From: Psammoneis japonica
Lineage: Eukaryota
NCBI GenBank assembly: GCA_008632985.1
Contig: QPGO01000003.1
Location: 310,001 to 374,000, forward strand
Direction: 5' to 3'
DNA: 64,000 nucleotides
Part shown: positions 35,189-47,469 of the stretch, in pieces
How the letters are laid out: every line of letters starts with the position of its first letter
Numbering within the stretch: the stretch's first letter is position 1
The notes under the pieces: generated by a model
The model's input: only the letters and a program-made list of their open reading frames with translations
What the model was told of the DNA's origin: nothing
The model's database searches: none
Translations under genes and position numbers: made by a program

Positions 35189-35897
35189 CAACGCCAGGGA
35201 AATGCACTGAGTACAGAAAGTCCATGTAGGTACTGCGACGATGCGACCGTGTTCTCACCAGTATGAAAGCATTATAAGTTTCGTGTGACACCCGGTTCCT
35301 CTCGACATCTAGCCACTGCTCTCATTCTTTCAACGTACACAATGGCTACTTCTCGTTTCAGATGCAATGTTGCAGCTCATTCATCATTTCCCTTCTTGGT
35401 ACTTTTCATCTCCTCGAGACAGCCGCGTTCTTGACTCTGTCCTTAAGCGGCTTCAAACAGAAACACAACATCGGCGACTTCTCCCCCTGGTGTAGTCCCA
35501 TCGTCGTGATCTTTGTTGATTTCTTCGTCTTGGTTGTGCCCTCTCTAGCTAATGGCTAGTTCCTGATGTAGTCACATGTGTCGTGGATTTTGGCCACTCA
35601 AGTTGTTCCGGCGGCACAAAACAGTGAGAAAATACGGAGAGAGCTCGATTCATGACGGATGAACCAATGGGTTGCTGCACACTGCGGAAACTGAGTCGAT
35701 AGAAAGTTCCATAGCAGGGTAATCATAGGTACATACTCGGAGTAAGTGACTTGTCCAATCACGGGATGAAAGAAAGAACGGCCGCAAGAAAGTACCTACT
35801 CGTAGTCGCTTGAATGTAATCCAACATACCGTAGGTTTTAGTGCTGATCTATTCTTCATCCCAACAGAATGTACCAATTCCTATACATGCTTGTACA

Positions 35898-36131
35898 AGT
35901 CACGACTCAACGTCATTCTGGTCGCATCTCACGACTACAACCCAGACTCAGATTTTCTCTTCGAAATAATTGGCTCATCACAAAATTGATTCAAACAGAA
36001 GCAACGACATTCGTCATAATTTTTAGACAACGACTTTGAACAAGCGTCTGTTTACCTCTGTTGCTGTTCACATTGCTGCCAACCTCCGAGGTCTTGTCCA
36101 TCCTACCCAGCTGTGGGACTGCATCTCGACT
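35898..36131 (+). repeat. 5' LTR (AGTC...GACT)
   Basis: 227/234 identical to 42905-43138. Confidence 0.97.
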
Positions 36132-36293
36132 GGTCACAGAGACCAATTTGCGCGTTGACGAGAGCTCCTGACCGAGTCATCGTCACGGACACTTTCGGTT
36201 TTTGATTTTGAAGCAAACCCGGGAAATGGCTGAGTCTCTCTCGCTTCTCTCGTCTTCACTCTAACAAGAACCTCTCATGCTGCACTCTTTGTC

Positions 36294-39200
36294 ATGGCTG
36301 CCATCGATCCGGCTGTTCTGGCGAAGGCATTTGCCGACGCAATGGCCGCCAACGCCGCAGCGACCGCTCCTCCGGCTCCAACCAAGCCGTTACGTGGTGG
36401 AATTCACCCAACCCACGGGGTTTACATTGGTGGTTCCAAACTCAACAACAACTGCGAACAATCCAATGACAGAACCTGCCGACTCGCCTCTCAGCGCCGT
36501 CATCCCAAGGCTCTCGACTCGATGGAACGATCTCTCCGCGATCAACAAGCTTCCGCAATGACTTCCAAGTTCAACGGTCGACTTGAGATTTTGGACGGTC
36601 CCATCAACGAGCTTGACAAGGACCATTTCGTCAAGACCATTTGAGATCTGGCAGAAGCCCACGGTCAGCAGATGTTCCACCATGTCAAGAACAGCGACGA
36701 CAAGGTTCAACATGTCTTCGACCATCTTCACGAGTTTACTGTGACCGATCTCGTGAACGAGTGCACGGTTGGGAAAGCAGCTGCCAATGACACCAAGTGC
36801 GATGAGATCGAGCTCGACGATGTCGGGCTCTCTCAACTTCTCGTTCACTCAAGAATCACTGGTGCCTTTCGCGAGAAAATCGAGACCAAGTTCAACCATC
36901 TCTCGGACTGCCAAGACTGCCCTGGATCTGTTCTGTTCATGATGGCTCTCGATGCTTGCAATGCCAGCGCTCTGACGGACATTGAGACGGCCAAGAAGCA
37001 GCTAGAAGACCTCAGTTTGGTTGGCTGTCCCGGCGAGGATTGCACGGATTTTGCTGCCGAAGCTCTTCGCATCGTAAAAATTGTGCAGACCGACCACGCG
37101 CTTCTGGCGAACACAAGCTCCAAGCCACTCCACAAGATCTCCTCTGCGTCCTCTGAATGCTTCAATCGGCGAGTCTACAACAAGCTCGACGACGTCAAGG
37201 CTGTGGAACGCAAGTGCCGCCTCAAGAATCCTGCTGACATCGTGTCCGACAGCGATTGCAAAACGCTCGGACCGGTCGGCATCATTGCATGGATTCAGGA
37301 GCAACACAACGAACTCGTGAAGGACGGGGAGTGGCCTGCGTTGGTCGCCAAGCTACCCGAGAGCAATCTTTCGACTGCGGATGACCCTGGGAAGACGAAG
37401 CACTGTTGTGGTTGCGGTCTCGAGGGGTGCACCAAGAAGACGTGCCCGAAGTGCAACGCCAAACCGCCGCGCGACGATCCTCCTCCCAATCCGCCGCCTG
37501 CAGACGACCCTTCCAAGAAGAAGAGGCGACCCATCGCTGCCTGGCGTGCTAAATTTGACGGAGAAACGAAGAAGGACAAGAATGGCAAGGAATGGAAGTG
37601 GTGTGCCACGTGCACGGCGAAGGGTGCCGACAAACCTGGAATCTGCCAGAAGCACTCTACCGCGGAACACACCGACGACCGCAGGCGCCCTCCCAAGGAG
37701 ACCCCAGCCGGGAATTTGTCTTCTGTTGCTGATCCGGACAGTGGCGTGCCCATGGGTCCGCCCGCTCAGACTGCCAAGGAACCAGAGGGAGACGAATCCG
37801 ACCCCAACGAGTTGGTTTTCACGGGAATGTGGTGCGCGGCTACGGATGCCGTCACCGACCCGGAGTTCTGTTCCGCCCCTGTTGCTGCTGCATTCATTGT
37901 TCCTCCGGCTTCTTCGGCGAGCGGGAGAGCAATGCAGTCATTGGCACTGAGGTGGTTTGCAACGAAACGAGCCCACCTGCACTCACCTCAGTCGTGGATC
38001 CAGTCGTGTCTCCCATCGTGGTTGAGACTGTCACTCCCGAAGACGCCGATGACTTCTACGAATGCTCCGACGCTTTCTCCACCTTTGAAAACGAACCACC
38101 GGCTATTGAGTTGTTTCTGGCCTCGAAGCTGTGCTCCATCAAGCATCCAGATGAGTTCTTTGACGCTCCCGCACATTTGATGGACATGCTGTCAGACGAC
38201 ACAAAGTTAGATCTCATCCTTGAACATGACGTACACTTTGAAGACGCATGCTGCGACTTGCCTCCGTGTGTCACATGTCGTGGCTTCGATTTCTACGATC
38301 CAGAGGTCCTGGATGCGGATGATTGTCACGAGGACGTCGAAGACGAGCCCACTTTGCGTCGCTCACTTTTGGGACGAGTCAAGCTGTTCACATTCTGGCT
38401 CGCCGCCATGTTTTGGGAAATGGTGCTGCATCTTTGCTTTGCTCCGATCCCTTGCATCCCTCGAGCTCTACGCCGCCAGCGCAAACTCCCAACTTTGCAC
38501 GGGTTTCCAGCCTCCTGGATGGTCCTGTCCGTTGCAGTGATGGTGTGGTCAGCAGTTTACGCCGGTCAACAGCCCGAGCATCCATTCTCGAACGTGCCAA
38601 GTCGTTTTTCGACCGCCAGCTCTCAAGTCTGCCACATTGTGGAAGAGCCAGATGACCGGATAGTGTTGGATGCGGGGTCACTGTTCGAATGTCACAGGAT
38701 CAAAGGCACGCAAGCACTCACCGAGTTTGTCGCGCGCCATCCATCACACGCACTGAGCACTCGTCTCAAGGCCTGCTGGGAGAGCCTGGAAGTCGCTGAA
38801 CGGTCGGATGCGACAGACGAATCAGCCTTCTTTGACACCTGTGAGGAACTGGAACCTCTCGACGACCAGAAGTGTTTCTTTGACGCTCTTGAGGACTTCA
38901 GCCCGGATTTCTTCCAGTTTGACGAGCTCTGTCTGCCGAATCATGTCGTGGACACTGCCCATTTTCAAGATCCTGTGGAACCATTGGAGGAAGCAAGTGT
39001 TAGACCAGTCGTCTGCAATGCCTCCACCATCCACCTGCTCACCGGACAATCACAAGCCGACCTCCTTGCATCCGATCCGCAGGCACTCATCGGTCTGTCA
39101 GACGAGGCTCTCACGGTCATCATGGATGCTGGTGCCACGTTAGCTGTTGCCCCCGACAAAGATGATTTTACGGGGCCTGTGACTGTTCCCAAGAAACCCT

Positions 39201-42200
39201 TGCAGATCAATGGGATTGCCAACGGTCTTACCATCCAGGGCACCGGTCCGGTTGCGTGGGTGTTCACAACGCTGAGTGGGGCTCCCATCCAACTGAACAC
39301 CATGGCATGCTACGTCCCTGGAGCCCGTCAGCGCCTGCCATCGCCTCAACGCCTCTTCAACGAAGAAAAGGGGGTACGTGGGAAGTGCGAGGGCGATGAA
39401 ACCACTTTCCGTTTACATGTTGACGGGACAGGCAAGTTGGTCGTGCCACATCATCCATCAAGCCACTTGCCCATTGCGTCAATGACCAAGGGCATCTCTG
39501 CCGCTCCTCAAGTGAACCTGCAGATCCTTGGCGAGGAGAATCAAAACCTCACGGCAGGCCAAAAGCTTCTTCTCGAAATGCACGCCCGTTTTGGCCATTT
39601 GAACTTTGGTCGCGTCCAAGCACTTCTCCGCGCAGTTCCGTTCCTGTCGAACCGTTTCAAGTCCGCAGCGAAGTGTGACCACCCAAGATGCGAGGCATGC
39701 GAATGTGCTAAAGGTCACAGACGCTCCCTTGGATCTGCTCACAAGTCGACAGTCCCTGAACGCGACGGGGCCCTTCGAGCTGACCATCTTTGACCGGGTC
39801 AGGCTGTCAGCGTTGATCATTTTGAGTCGCGCCTTTTAGGCCGCACCTTTGACTCACATGGCAAAGCCACGTCCAAGCAATTCAAGGGCGGTTGTGTCTT
39901 TGTCGACCACGCCTCTGGCCATGTCCAGGTCGAGCACCAACTGGGTTTCTCCGCTGTTGAGACGACACGAGCGAAGCAAGCGTTTGAGAAACATGCTTTG
40001 GACCACGGGGTCATCGTCCAAGAATTTCTTACCGACAGTGGCGCTTTCAAGGCCAACGCTTTTGTGCAACACACACGAGACCATGAACAACGTCTCCGTT
40101 TCTGTGGAACCAACGCCCATCATCAGAACGGCGTCGCAGAGCGGGGCATCCGAAGCATCTCCAACATGGTGAGAGCGATGTTGCTTCATGCATCAATCCA
40201 CTGGAAGGGGGGAATTGACAGCTCCCCATGGCCCATGGCAGTTTCTTGTGCCACGCACATCTACAATGTCACCCCAAATTCCAAAGGACATTGCCCAGCG
40301 GACATTTTCACCGGTTCGACAGTGCCAAGACATCGGTTGCGCGACATTCACACATGGGGATGTCCAGCGTACGCACTTGATCCGACCCTCGCTTCCGGGA
40401 AGAAACTCCCGCGTTGGGAGCCTCGCACTCGTCGCGCTTTGTTCGTGGGACTCAGCACCATCCATTCCAGTGAGGTTCCTTTGGTCCTCAATCTTCAAAC
40501 TGGAAGTGTTGCTCCTCAGTGTCATGTGGTCTTTGATGATCTCTTCACTGCCACACCATCAATCGAGAGGGAGACGGATCCACCTGATCACTGGGAACAC
40601 TTGTGCCTCAACCAATCGATGTGCATCCCTCTGGAGAAGGATCAAGCAGTTCATTTGCACGATGAGTGGCTTGCCCCTCCAGAGCGTCAACGTAAAGAGC
40701 GAGAACTGGCCAGAGCAACACGCATTCGCGGCCATTTTGAGCCTGCTCCATCGATTGCTGTGCCGGATTCACCCACTTCTCGCGACGACGTTGCCGATCG
40801 AGTCGCACCTGCGACTCAGCAGCCAACGCCACCAGTCCCATCTACGACTCAAACTCCTGCAGACTCTATGGACTCTGTGCCAATTCAGCCACCTGAACCT
40901 CAAGTCAGCAACGAACTTCCGCCACCCGAAGTGCCGATGGAACCAACAGCTCCTCCCCCAGTCGAGACACCTCCTGTGATGAATCCAGAGGGAGTGCCAG
41001 GGCTGCGATGGTCTTCACGGTCAACCAAGGGACAGCTCAACTCTGCCAAGTTTGTAGATGAGGTGCACTTCAGCTCCGTCAAGGAAATGCCACTGCTGAT
41101 CAGACACGAGGCTCAGCCAGCGTATCTGGCGACTCTCGAGATGGATTTGGACAGTGGCACCATCAACATCGGCGATCCACGAGCCTGCGCAGCTAGCAAG
41201 AAAACCAAGGACCCTGACATGCCTTCGTCACACAATGCTCTGAAAGGTCCGGACGCCGACGAATGGATTGAGGCGATGAAAATTGAAGTCAACGCACTCA
41301 CACATCGTCGAGCCTGGAAAGCAGTCGAGCATCAGCCGCGTGTGAATGCACTTCCAGGCACATGGGCACTGAAGCTCAAGAGACTCCCGGATGGAACCCC
41401 TCTCAAGCATGAGGCCCGATGCTGCGTCCGCGGTGATTTACAGAAAGAAGGAGTCGACCACTTCGAAACCTGCACGCCGGTTGTGCAATGGTCCAGCACC
41501 CGACTCATGCTCACTGCGGCATTAAAGGAGGGATGGACTGCACGTCAGGTGGACTGTGCCACAGCCTTTTGCCAAGCTGACATCGCCGAGGAAGTTCACA
41601 TGACACCGCTGAAGGGATTTGCGCCAAGGTCGGGACTCAACATGGTTCTCAAACTTTTGAAAGGACTGTGCGGCCTAAAACAGTCTCCCAAGGGCTTCTG
41701 CGAGAAGTTGCGAGCTGGTTTAACCGAGCGCGGATGGGTGCCTTCAGCCATAGATCCCTGTTTGTATTTCAAAGAGGGCATGATGTGTGTGGTCCACGTC
41801 GACGACACCGTTTTTGCTGGAGCTTCAGCTGAAGCTCTAGAAGCCGAAATTCGCAAGTTAGAAGTCTCCGACGACAAACATCGCCACGCATTTGAACTTA
41901 GAGACAAAGGAGAAGTCGGCAACTTTCTCGGTGTCAAGATCGAAAAGCTCTCCAAGGGTCGATTTCTACTCACTCAACCCGGTCTAATTGACAAGGTCCT
42001 GCGTGCCGCACAGATGCAGGATTGCAATGGAGCATCTGCTCCAGCTCTACCTGTGGCCATTGGTGCCGACACGGACGGCCTGCCTTTTGATGAACCCTGC
42101 GATTGTCGCTCAGTTGTTGGAATGTTGATGCACTTGGCAGCGAACAGCCGGCCAGACATTGCACATGCCACACATCAAGCAGCTCGATTCTCGTTTGCAC

Positions 42201-42883
42201 CCCGAGCGTCCCACGCTGCTGCAGTGAAGCGGATGCTCCGACACCTCAAAGCAACTGCTGCTGAAGGTCTCATTCTCAAGCCTGCGCAAGATCATCGAGT
42301 TGATTGTTACGTCGATTCTGACTTCGCGGGGTTGTTTGGTGTGGAAGATGGTCAAGACCCAGTTTCTGTCAAGTCCAGGACTGGACACCTTGTCCACTGC
42401 GCCGGCTGCCCGCTTGTCTGGGTGTCCAAGCTGCAGACTCTTGCAGCATTGTCGACTGTGGAAGCGGAACATGTCGCACTTTCTCAAGCTGTGCGCGATC
42501 TCATCCCTGTTCGTGAAGTTCTCAAGGAGCTCAACCACCACGTGTTCGGAAAGTCTGACCGCCAAAACCCCATCAAGACTCACTCCAAGGCTTTTGAGCT
42601 CACAACCCAAGGCACCGATGACTCGCCTGTAGCGCAGAATGTCCCACCTGCATCCGTTGTGTGCGAAGATAACTCCGCGTGCCTCAAGTTCGCACGCATG
42701 CCCAAGTTGTCTCCGAGAACCAAACACATCGGCATCCCGCACCACTGGTTTAGGACTAAAGTCGAACAATTGGAGATCGACATCCAACCTGTCAGCACTC
42801 TAGAGCAACTAGCCGATCAGTTCACGAAGGGACTACGGACCGATGCGTTCCGTACGGCTAGAAAGGCTCTTATGGGCTGGTAA
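36294..42883 (+). pseudogene. Copia gag-pol polyprotein with 2 TGA stops, a frameshift near 37900 and widespread Tyr>Cys/His changes
   Basis: Zn knuckle CCGCGLEGCTKKTC, protease MDAGAT, integrase HARFGH..CEAC / VSVDHFES / TDSGAF / QNGVAERGIR, RT LCGLKQSP and HVDD, RNase H YVDSDFAG / EAEH / EDNSAC / LADQFTKGL. Confidence 0.95.
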
Positions 42884-42904
42884 GCTCTCTCGGTTGAGAG
42901 GGAG

Positions 42905-43138
42905 AGTCACGACTCAACGTCATTCTGGTCGCATCTCACGACTACAACCCAGACTCAGATTTTCTCTTCGAAATAATTAGCTCATCACAAAATTGATTCA
43001 AACAGAAGCAACGACATTCGTCATAATTTTTAGACAACGACTTTGAACAAGCGTCTGTTTACCTCTGTTGCTATTCATATTGCTACCAACCTCCGAGGTC
43101 TTATCCATCCTACCCAGCTGTAGGACTGTATCTCGACT
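42905..43138 (+). repeat. 3' LTR (AGTC...GACT)
   Basis: Follows the polypurine tract and is followed by the TSD GTACA. Confidence 0.97.
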
Positions 43139-43189
43139 GTACAGATTCAACATGAATTCTTATACACTCTAGAGCTACTGTTCATCCCA

Positions 43190-44617
43190 TTATTTTAATT
43201 CAGATACATGCTTGTACAAATTCTTGACAAACACGGGTGCATCCTCATCCAAGACCAACTGCAATTCCTCCAACAAGGCCTTTGTTGGTTTCTTGTCGAC
43301 AACGTGTTGCAAAATAAATTCAATTAAAGTGGCTTCCTCTTCTCCCATGTACTCGGCAATTTGCGCCGCCACAAATGCCTTGACAGTGCCAATGTTGGAT
43401 TCCGAAATGCCCCCAAACAACACGCCCTCTGCCAATGGATCTGAAACAACAACTGGAGTAGTAGTAGCAGTAGTGAGATCTAATTTTGGCTTTTTGCGCG
43501 GTGGGCCTTCGGGTTGTTGTGGCGTTGGCGGCGGGCTGTTCATCGGCAACATCCTTGGCTTGTTCGGCTACTTCTGGATTGTCCTTGGTCATCCAGGCTG
43601 GTAGATTGGAAACACCACGTCGACCCGATTCCTTGGGCACAGTGCCGTCATTTGATGGAGCAACGGTTGTTGTTTCCGGCACTGGTGGAGGCGGCGGTGG
43701 CGGAGGCGCGTTGCGTTCTTGCTCGACTCTGGCTCGTGCGTCCTCCAAGGCCTTGTCTAATTTCTCTTTTACCAAAAGCACGCGTTGTTTCTTTTGAGAG
43801 GATTGAATGTTTTCCAAGTTTTTGCGAAAAAGTGCCACGGCTGCCAAAACAGCGGGTGCATTGAGGGGATCCTCGTCGGGGTCATAGGCACCTCCAGCAG
43901 CGGCCGCCACTTTGGTGGCGTCCAATTTCAAATCGGACGCTTCAGCAGAAGGAGCAGAGGAGGAATCCACGGTGGTTGCTACAATCCCATTGGCCGAGAT
44001 CAAACCCGGCTCGAGTTTTTCTACCAAGATTTGTAGAGTTTCATCATCAATCAGCGGTGGAGGTAGCGATACGGTGGGGTCGGTCGGAACCAAGTGTGCT
44101 CGGAGATTTGAATCAGAATTGCTTTTCGAGAGCTTTTGCAGCGCACACGTTAGTTTGAGAGCTCCATCGGGACGAGCCATGATGACTAGAGCCAATCGTG
44201 GTGATTTGTTCTTGTTGTGGTTTTCCTTATCCTTACTGTCTGCCTTTTCTGTATCGGTGCCGTTTGTTTTTTCTTTTTCTTTCTCGGCAGAAATTACAGT
44301 AACATCCTGAACAAGTCCGCACGGTTGAATCCAGTCTCGCAGCTTTTGGGTGTCCAAATGCAGCGGGATATTGATCAATAAGACCGTATTGGATGGTCGC
44401 GGTTTGCTCATAATGACGACGGGAGGTCCCATGAGTGGAGCACCGATCGGTGGCGGTGGTACTATCATGCTAGGCGGCGGAACTCCCACGGGCGGAATAC
44501 CAGCTGCTGCGCCAGGTGGAGGAATCATGGGCATGGCCACACCACTGGTGGTGGAGGAGGAGGCAGGCCTATTGGCACTGCTCCCGGTGGAGGCGGCGGT
44601 GGAGGTGGAGCCGACAT
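43190..44617 (-). CDS. Proline-rich RRM-like plus C-terminal PWI-domain RNA-processing protein, with two apparent 1-nt frameshifts
   Basis: MSAPPPPPPPP start (44617), RRM-like NTVLLINIP..., GRRGVSNLPAWMT and a PWI-like VKAFVAAQIAEYMGEEEATLIEFIL...VLDEDAPVFVKNLY. Frame changes occur at about 44545 and 43515. Confidence 0.75.
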
Positions 44618-47469
44618 GGTCAACAAGCACAGAAAATGGGCACTGTGCGGGGCGCACTCTCTCGAAAATCGGAAATCGGTTTTGTGGCCATCGGGTCTGT
44701 CCGTCCCCCATCCCATCCGACCTTAAAAACCCAAGGAGGCACCGCAGAAAAAAAAGCTCCAGCAACAGGCCAAACTCTGTCACTTTGCGAGGCACAATGG
44801 AGTGCATTGACTGTGGCTACAACAGTGTAAGGCGCTCAGGGAATGGATGCATGTGAAGAGCCAGCCAAGCACCACTTGTCGGATGTCCTCCCCAGAAAGA
44901 GCTGCGCACAGCTCATCTTCAACAAGGAGGTCAATTTTGGCAAAAAATGGTGGTGTGACTTCAACCTGACAACAGGGCACAGGACAATGAGTGGCATTTT
45001 TGAAGCACAAAGTGTGCAGCTCCTTGTGGCAGTGCAACAGCCCTGACAAGGGTTTTGATGACACACACACACACACACCCCACATGCATTTGGGAGGGGT
45101 GTGCTTCGAGGTGGGGGGTTAAATGAGAAGGCAAAGCGAGGGAATTTCTGGGTTGTCATCTGCCCCATGCATTCTTCCTCAAACAGAAACCACCCCCACA
45201 CAACTCAAAGCTGGGTGCAGCAGCAGGTGGTTGTGTTGCAATGGGTGGAAGCACTGCAAGGCAGCAGCAGGCTTGCAACATGCGTTGTCATGTGCGTTGT
45301 GTGCATGCACATCTGCACACAAAACAAATTTGTGCTCCAATCGCACGTCAATCGTGGGTTCGTACGAAGGACAGATCAATCACACAGAGTTGATCGGATG
45401 TCGAGAATCGCAAATGCGACTGTGCGATGATGTTGACATCTTGTGTGTCGGCGCCAATCGCATCCGGACAATCTGTTGTCACGATCGTATTCTCCGAAAG
45501 TCCTTTTGTCTGCAGGAGCAGTGCAAAAGGTTTAGGCTGTTGAGAACCCATTCGGAGAAATCCAAAATGATCGCGTAGAAACAACTCTCACAATTTTCAC
45601 TTTTTGAACTTAGTTCTGCTTTCGTTTGCACTCGTTCTTCGAGCACAGTGCAGGCTGCACGTGGGTTTTGAGGACACAACAATCGGAAAAGGCAGGGTGG
45701 TGAGAAAGCAGTGCCTTGAAGGACGCCTGGTGACAGCAACAACATGGAAACAAAAGAATTTTGCCTTGAGAAAAAAGCTGTTCCATTTGTCATGCAGCAC
45801 TGCAGAAAACATGCTGCACACCCATGTGCAAGAGCTGCCCTGGCACATGGCACAAGTGACAAAACAATGCATCACCAACAACTGCTCTTCACCCTTTTTT
45901 GTTCAACCAGCCAAGCAGATTTTCTCAAAGTGCACAAAACCTGTGCTGTCATCTGTTGTTGTTTTTTGTGTGTTTGACTGTGCAGACTGCCGCCTGGTCA
46001 CAGAAATGGCACACTGGGCTGCACTCATGCGCACATGAGGGGTTTGGGTTGAAAGCACTTGTGTGACATTTGTGCTGCACAGGCAGATGACACTTGTGCA
46101 CAGCAACATGCACTGCAGCTGCACCCACTCCAATGGGTGAGCTGTCAGTGCTCACAATGTGTGGCAATGACTCACTTGATGCTTGTGCGTGGCACTGCTT
46201 CCATCAGCTCCAGCTGATGACTGGATCTTCTTCTGCTGGGGGCAACAAGAAAAGAGGAGGAGCTGCAGCTTGGCAAGGGGGGTCTCCCTTGGCAATGGCA
46301 CAAGGGGCACTGATCACCAAGTGGCACAGGCTGACATCTTGTTTTAACAAGCTGTGCTTGGCACATCTCCTCTGGAAAATGCAGCAGCTCCTTTAGCCTC
46401 AAAAGGTTGGCAGTCTGTTGGAGCTCATGTCCTCAAGCCATCTTAGCCAAAAGAGCAAGTTCTGCACTCCTGTTGCTGCACCCACTTCAACAGGTGAGTT
46501 GGCCACATCCATGGTGTGCTGTGGCAATGAGCAGGTGCACCATGTCCTGCAAACACGTGAGGGTGTGGTCAGTTGGATGATGCTCATGATGAGGCAATGA
46601 GGAGGCATGAAAATCTTGTTGCATTTCAAATTCTTGCTCACAAAAGGGTTGTTCTGAATGACAGACACAGCCAACAATGAGCAGACATGACAAGCAATCA
46701 CATGGGTGGGAGGAGATTGATGAGATCTGAAAAGCTGATGGGCAATGAAATGTTGGGAAAGTCAAGCTCAAAGCCCATTCCACCACATTGATTCAACAGA
46801 TCAACTCACCTTTGTCAGAGAGAATGTGACAATGTCTTGTTGACCTGTGTGGATCTTGAGATGCATGTTGCTGGATGGTGTGTTCAGCCATTGTGTGGCC
46901 AATGGCTGCCAATGAGTGCTCAAAGCAAAGAGCCAATTTTGTAAGATCAGAGCTTTTGACTGAGCCAAACATGGCTCTGGTGTCCAGTCCACCCAAAACC
47001 TCAATTGAGGCAAGAACCTTGCAAAATGTGTGGAACTTGACAGACTGAATGGCAATGCACCAGCTCAATTTTTTTAAGGTGGCAAAAAACCTTTTTGCAA
47101 GTTTTTGGGCACTTCCATTGTTGAACTCTTCACACTTGATTGAAGAACCAGATTTCACATGAGCAGTCTCTTTGATGAGTGCAGAGTCACTGCCTCCATG
47201 CAGAACCTGCAACCCTCAATTGAGGAAATTTTTTGGCAGACTGGATGCTGGCAGGGGCAGAAAGAGCTTCTTCAGTGCAAGGTGAAGAAATCCCAAAAAG
47301 GTCATTGCTGTCAGGGCCAGCCTTTGGTGGCATCATGGTGATGACAAGCCAGCTCAAAAAAAGCCAAACTCAATTTAAAGTGCCATTGCACCTTTGCTCA
47401 GCAACGCTGGTGCCAACCAACCCACACTTCCAGTGCACCCCACCAGGGGTGCAGCAGCAGAAGTGCATG

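Larger units (their letters stand above)
35898..43138 (+). mobile_element. Full-length Ty1/Copia LTR retrotransposon (diatom CoDi-like), inactivated
   Basis: Two 234-bp LTRs, 5-bp TSD GTACA (35893-35897 and 43139-43143), polypurine tract GAGAGGGAG before the 3' LTR, and gag-PR-IN-RT-RH domain order. Confidence 0.97.

Noticed and set aside
36294..42883. Alternative genetic code in which Cys/His codons are read as Tyr
   Set aside because: Neighbouring host genes use TAY normally at conserved Tyr positions, and the change also affects non-coding LTR sequence.
35898..43138. Classical fungal RIP (CpA>TpA) acting on the 3' LTR
   Set aside because: The LTR pair alone is unpolarised, but conserved Tyr>Cys/His changes and TA depletion (not enrichment) of repeats show the opposite direction.
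35898..43138. ADAR-type RNA editing or reverse-transcriptase error as the source of A>G
   Set aside because: Both A>G and T>C occur on the same strand, the LTRs differ from each other (post-integration change), and DNA transposon remnants are affected too.
45059..45080. (CA)n tract, plus the C-run at 10808-10825 and the CAG/CAA tract in Elf1
   Set aside because: Ordinary simple repeats or a polyglutamine linker, with no further structure.
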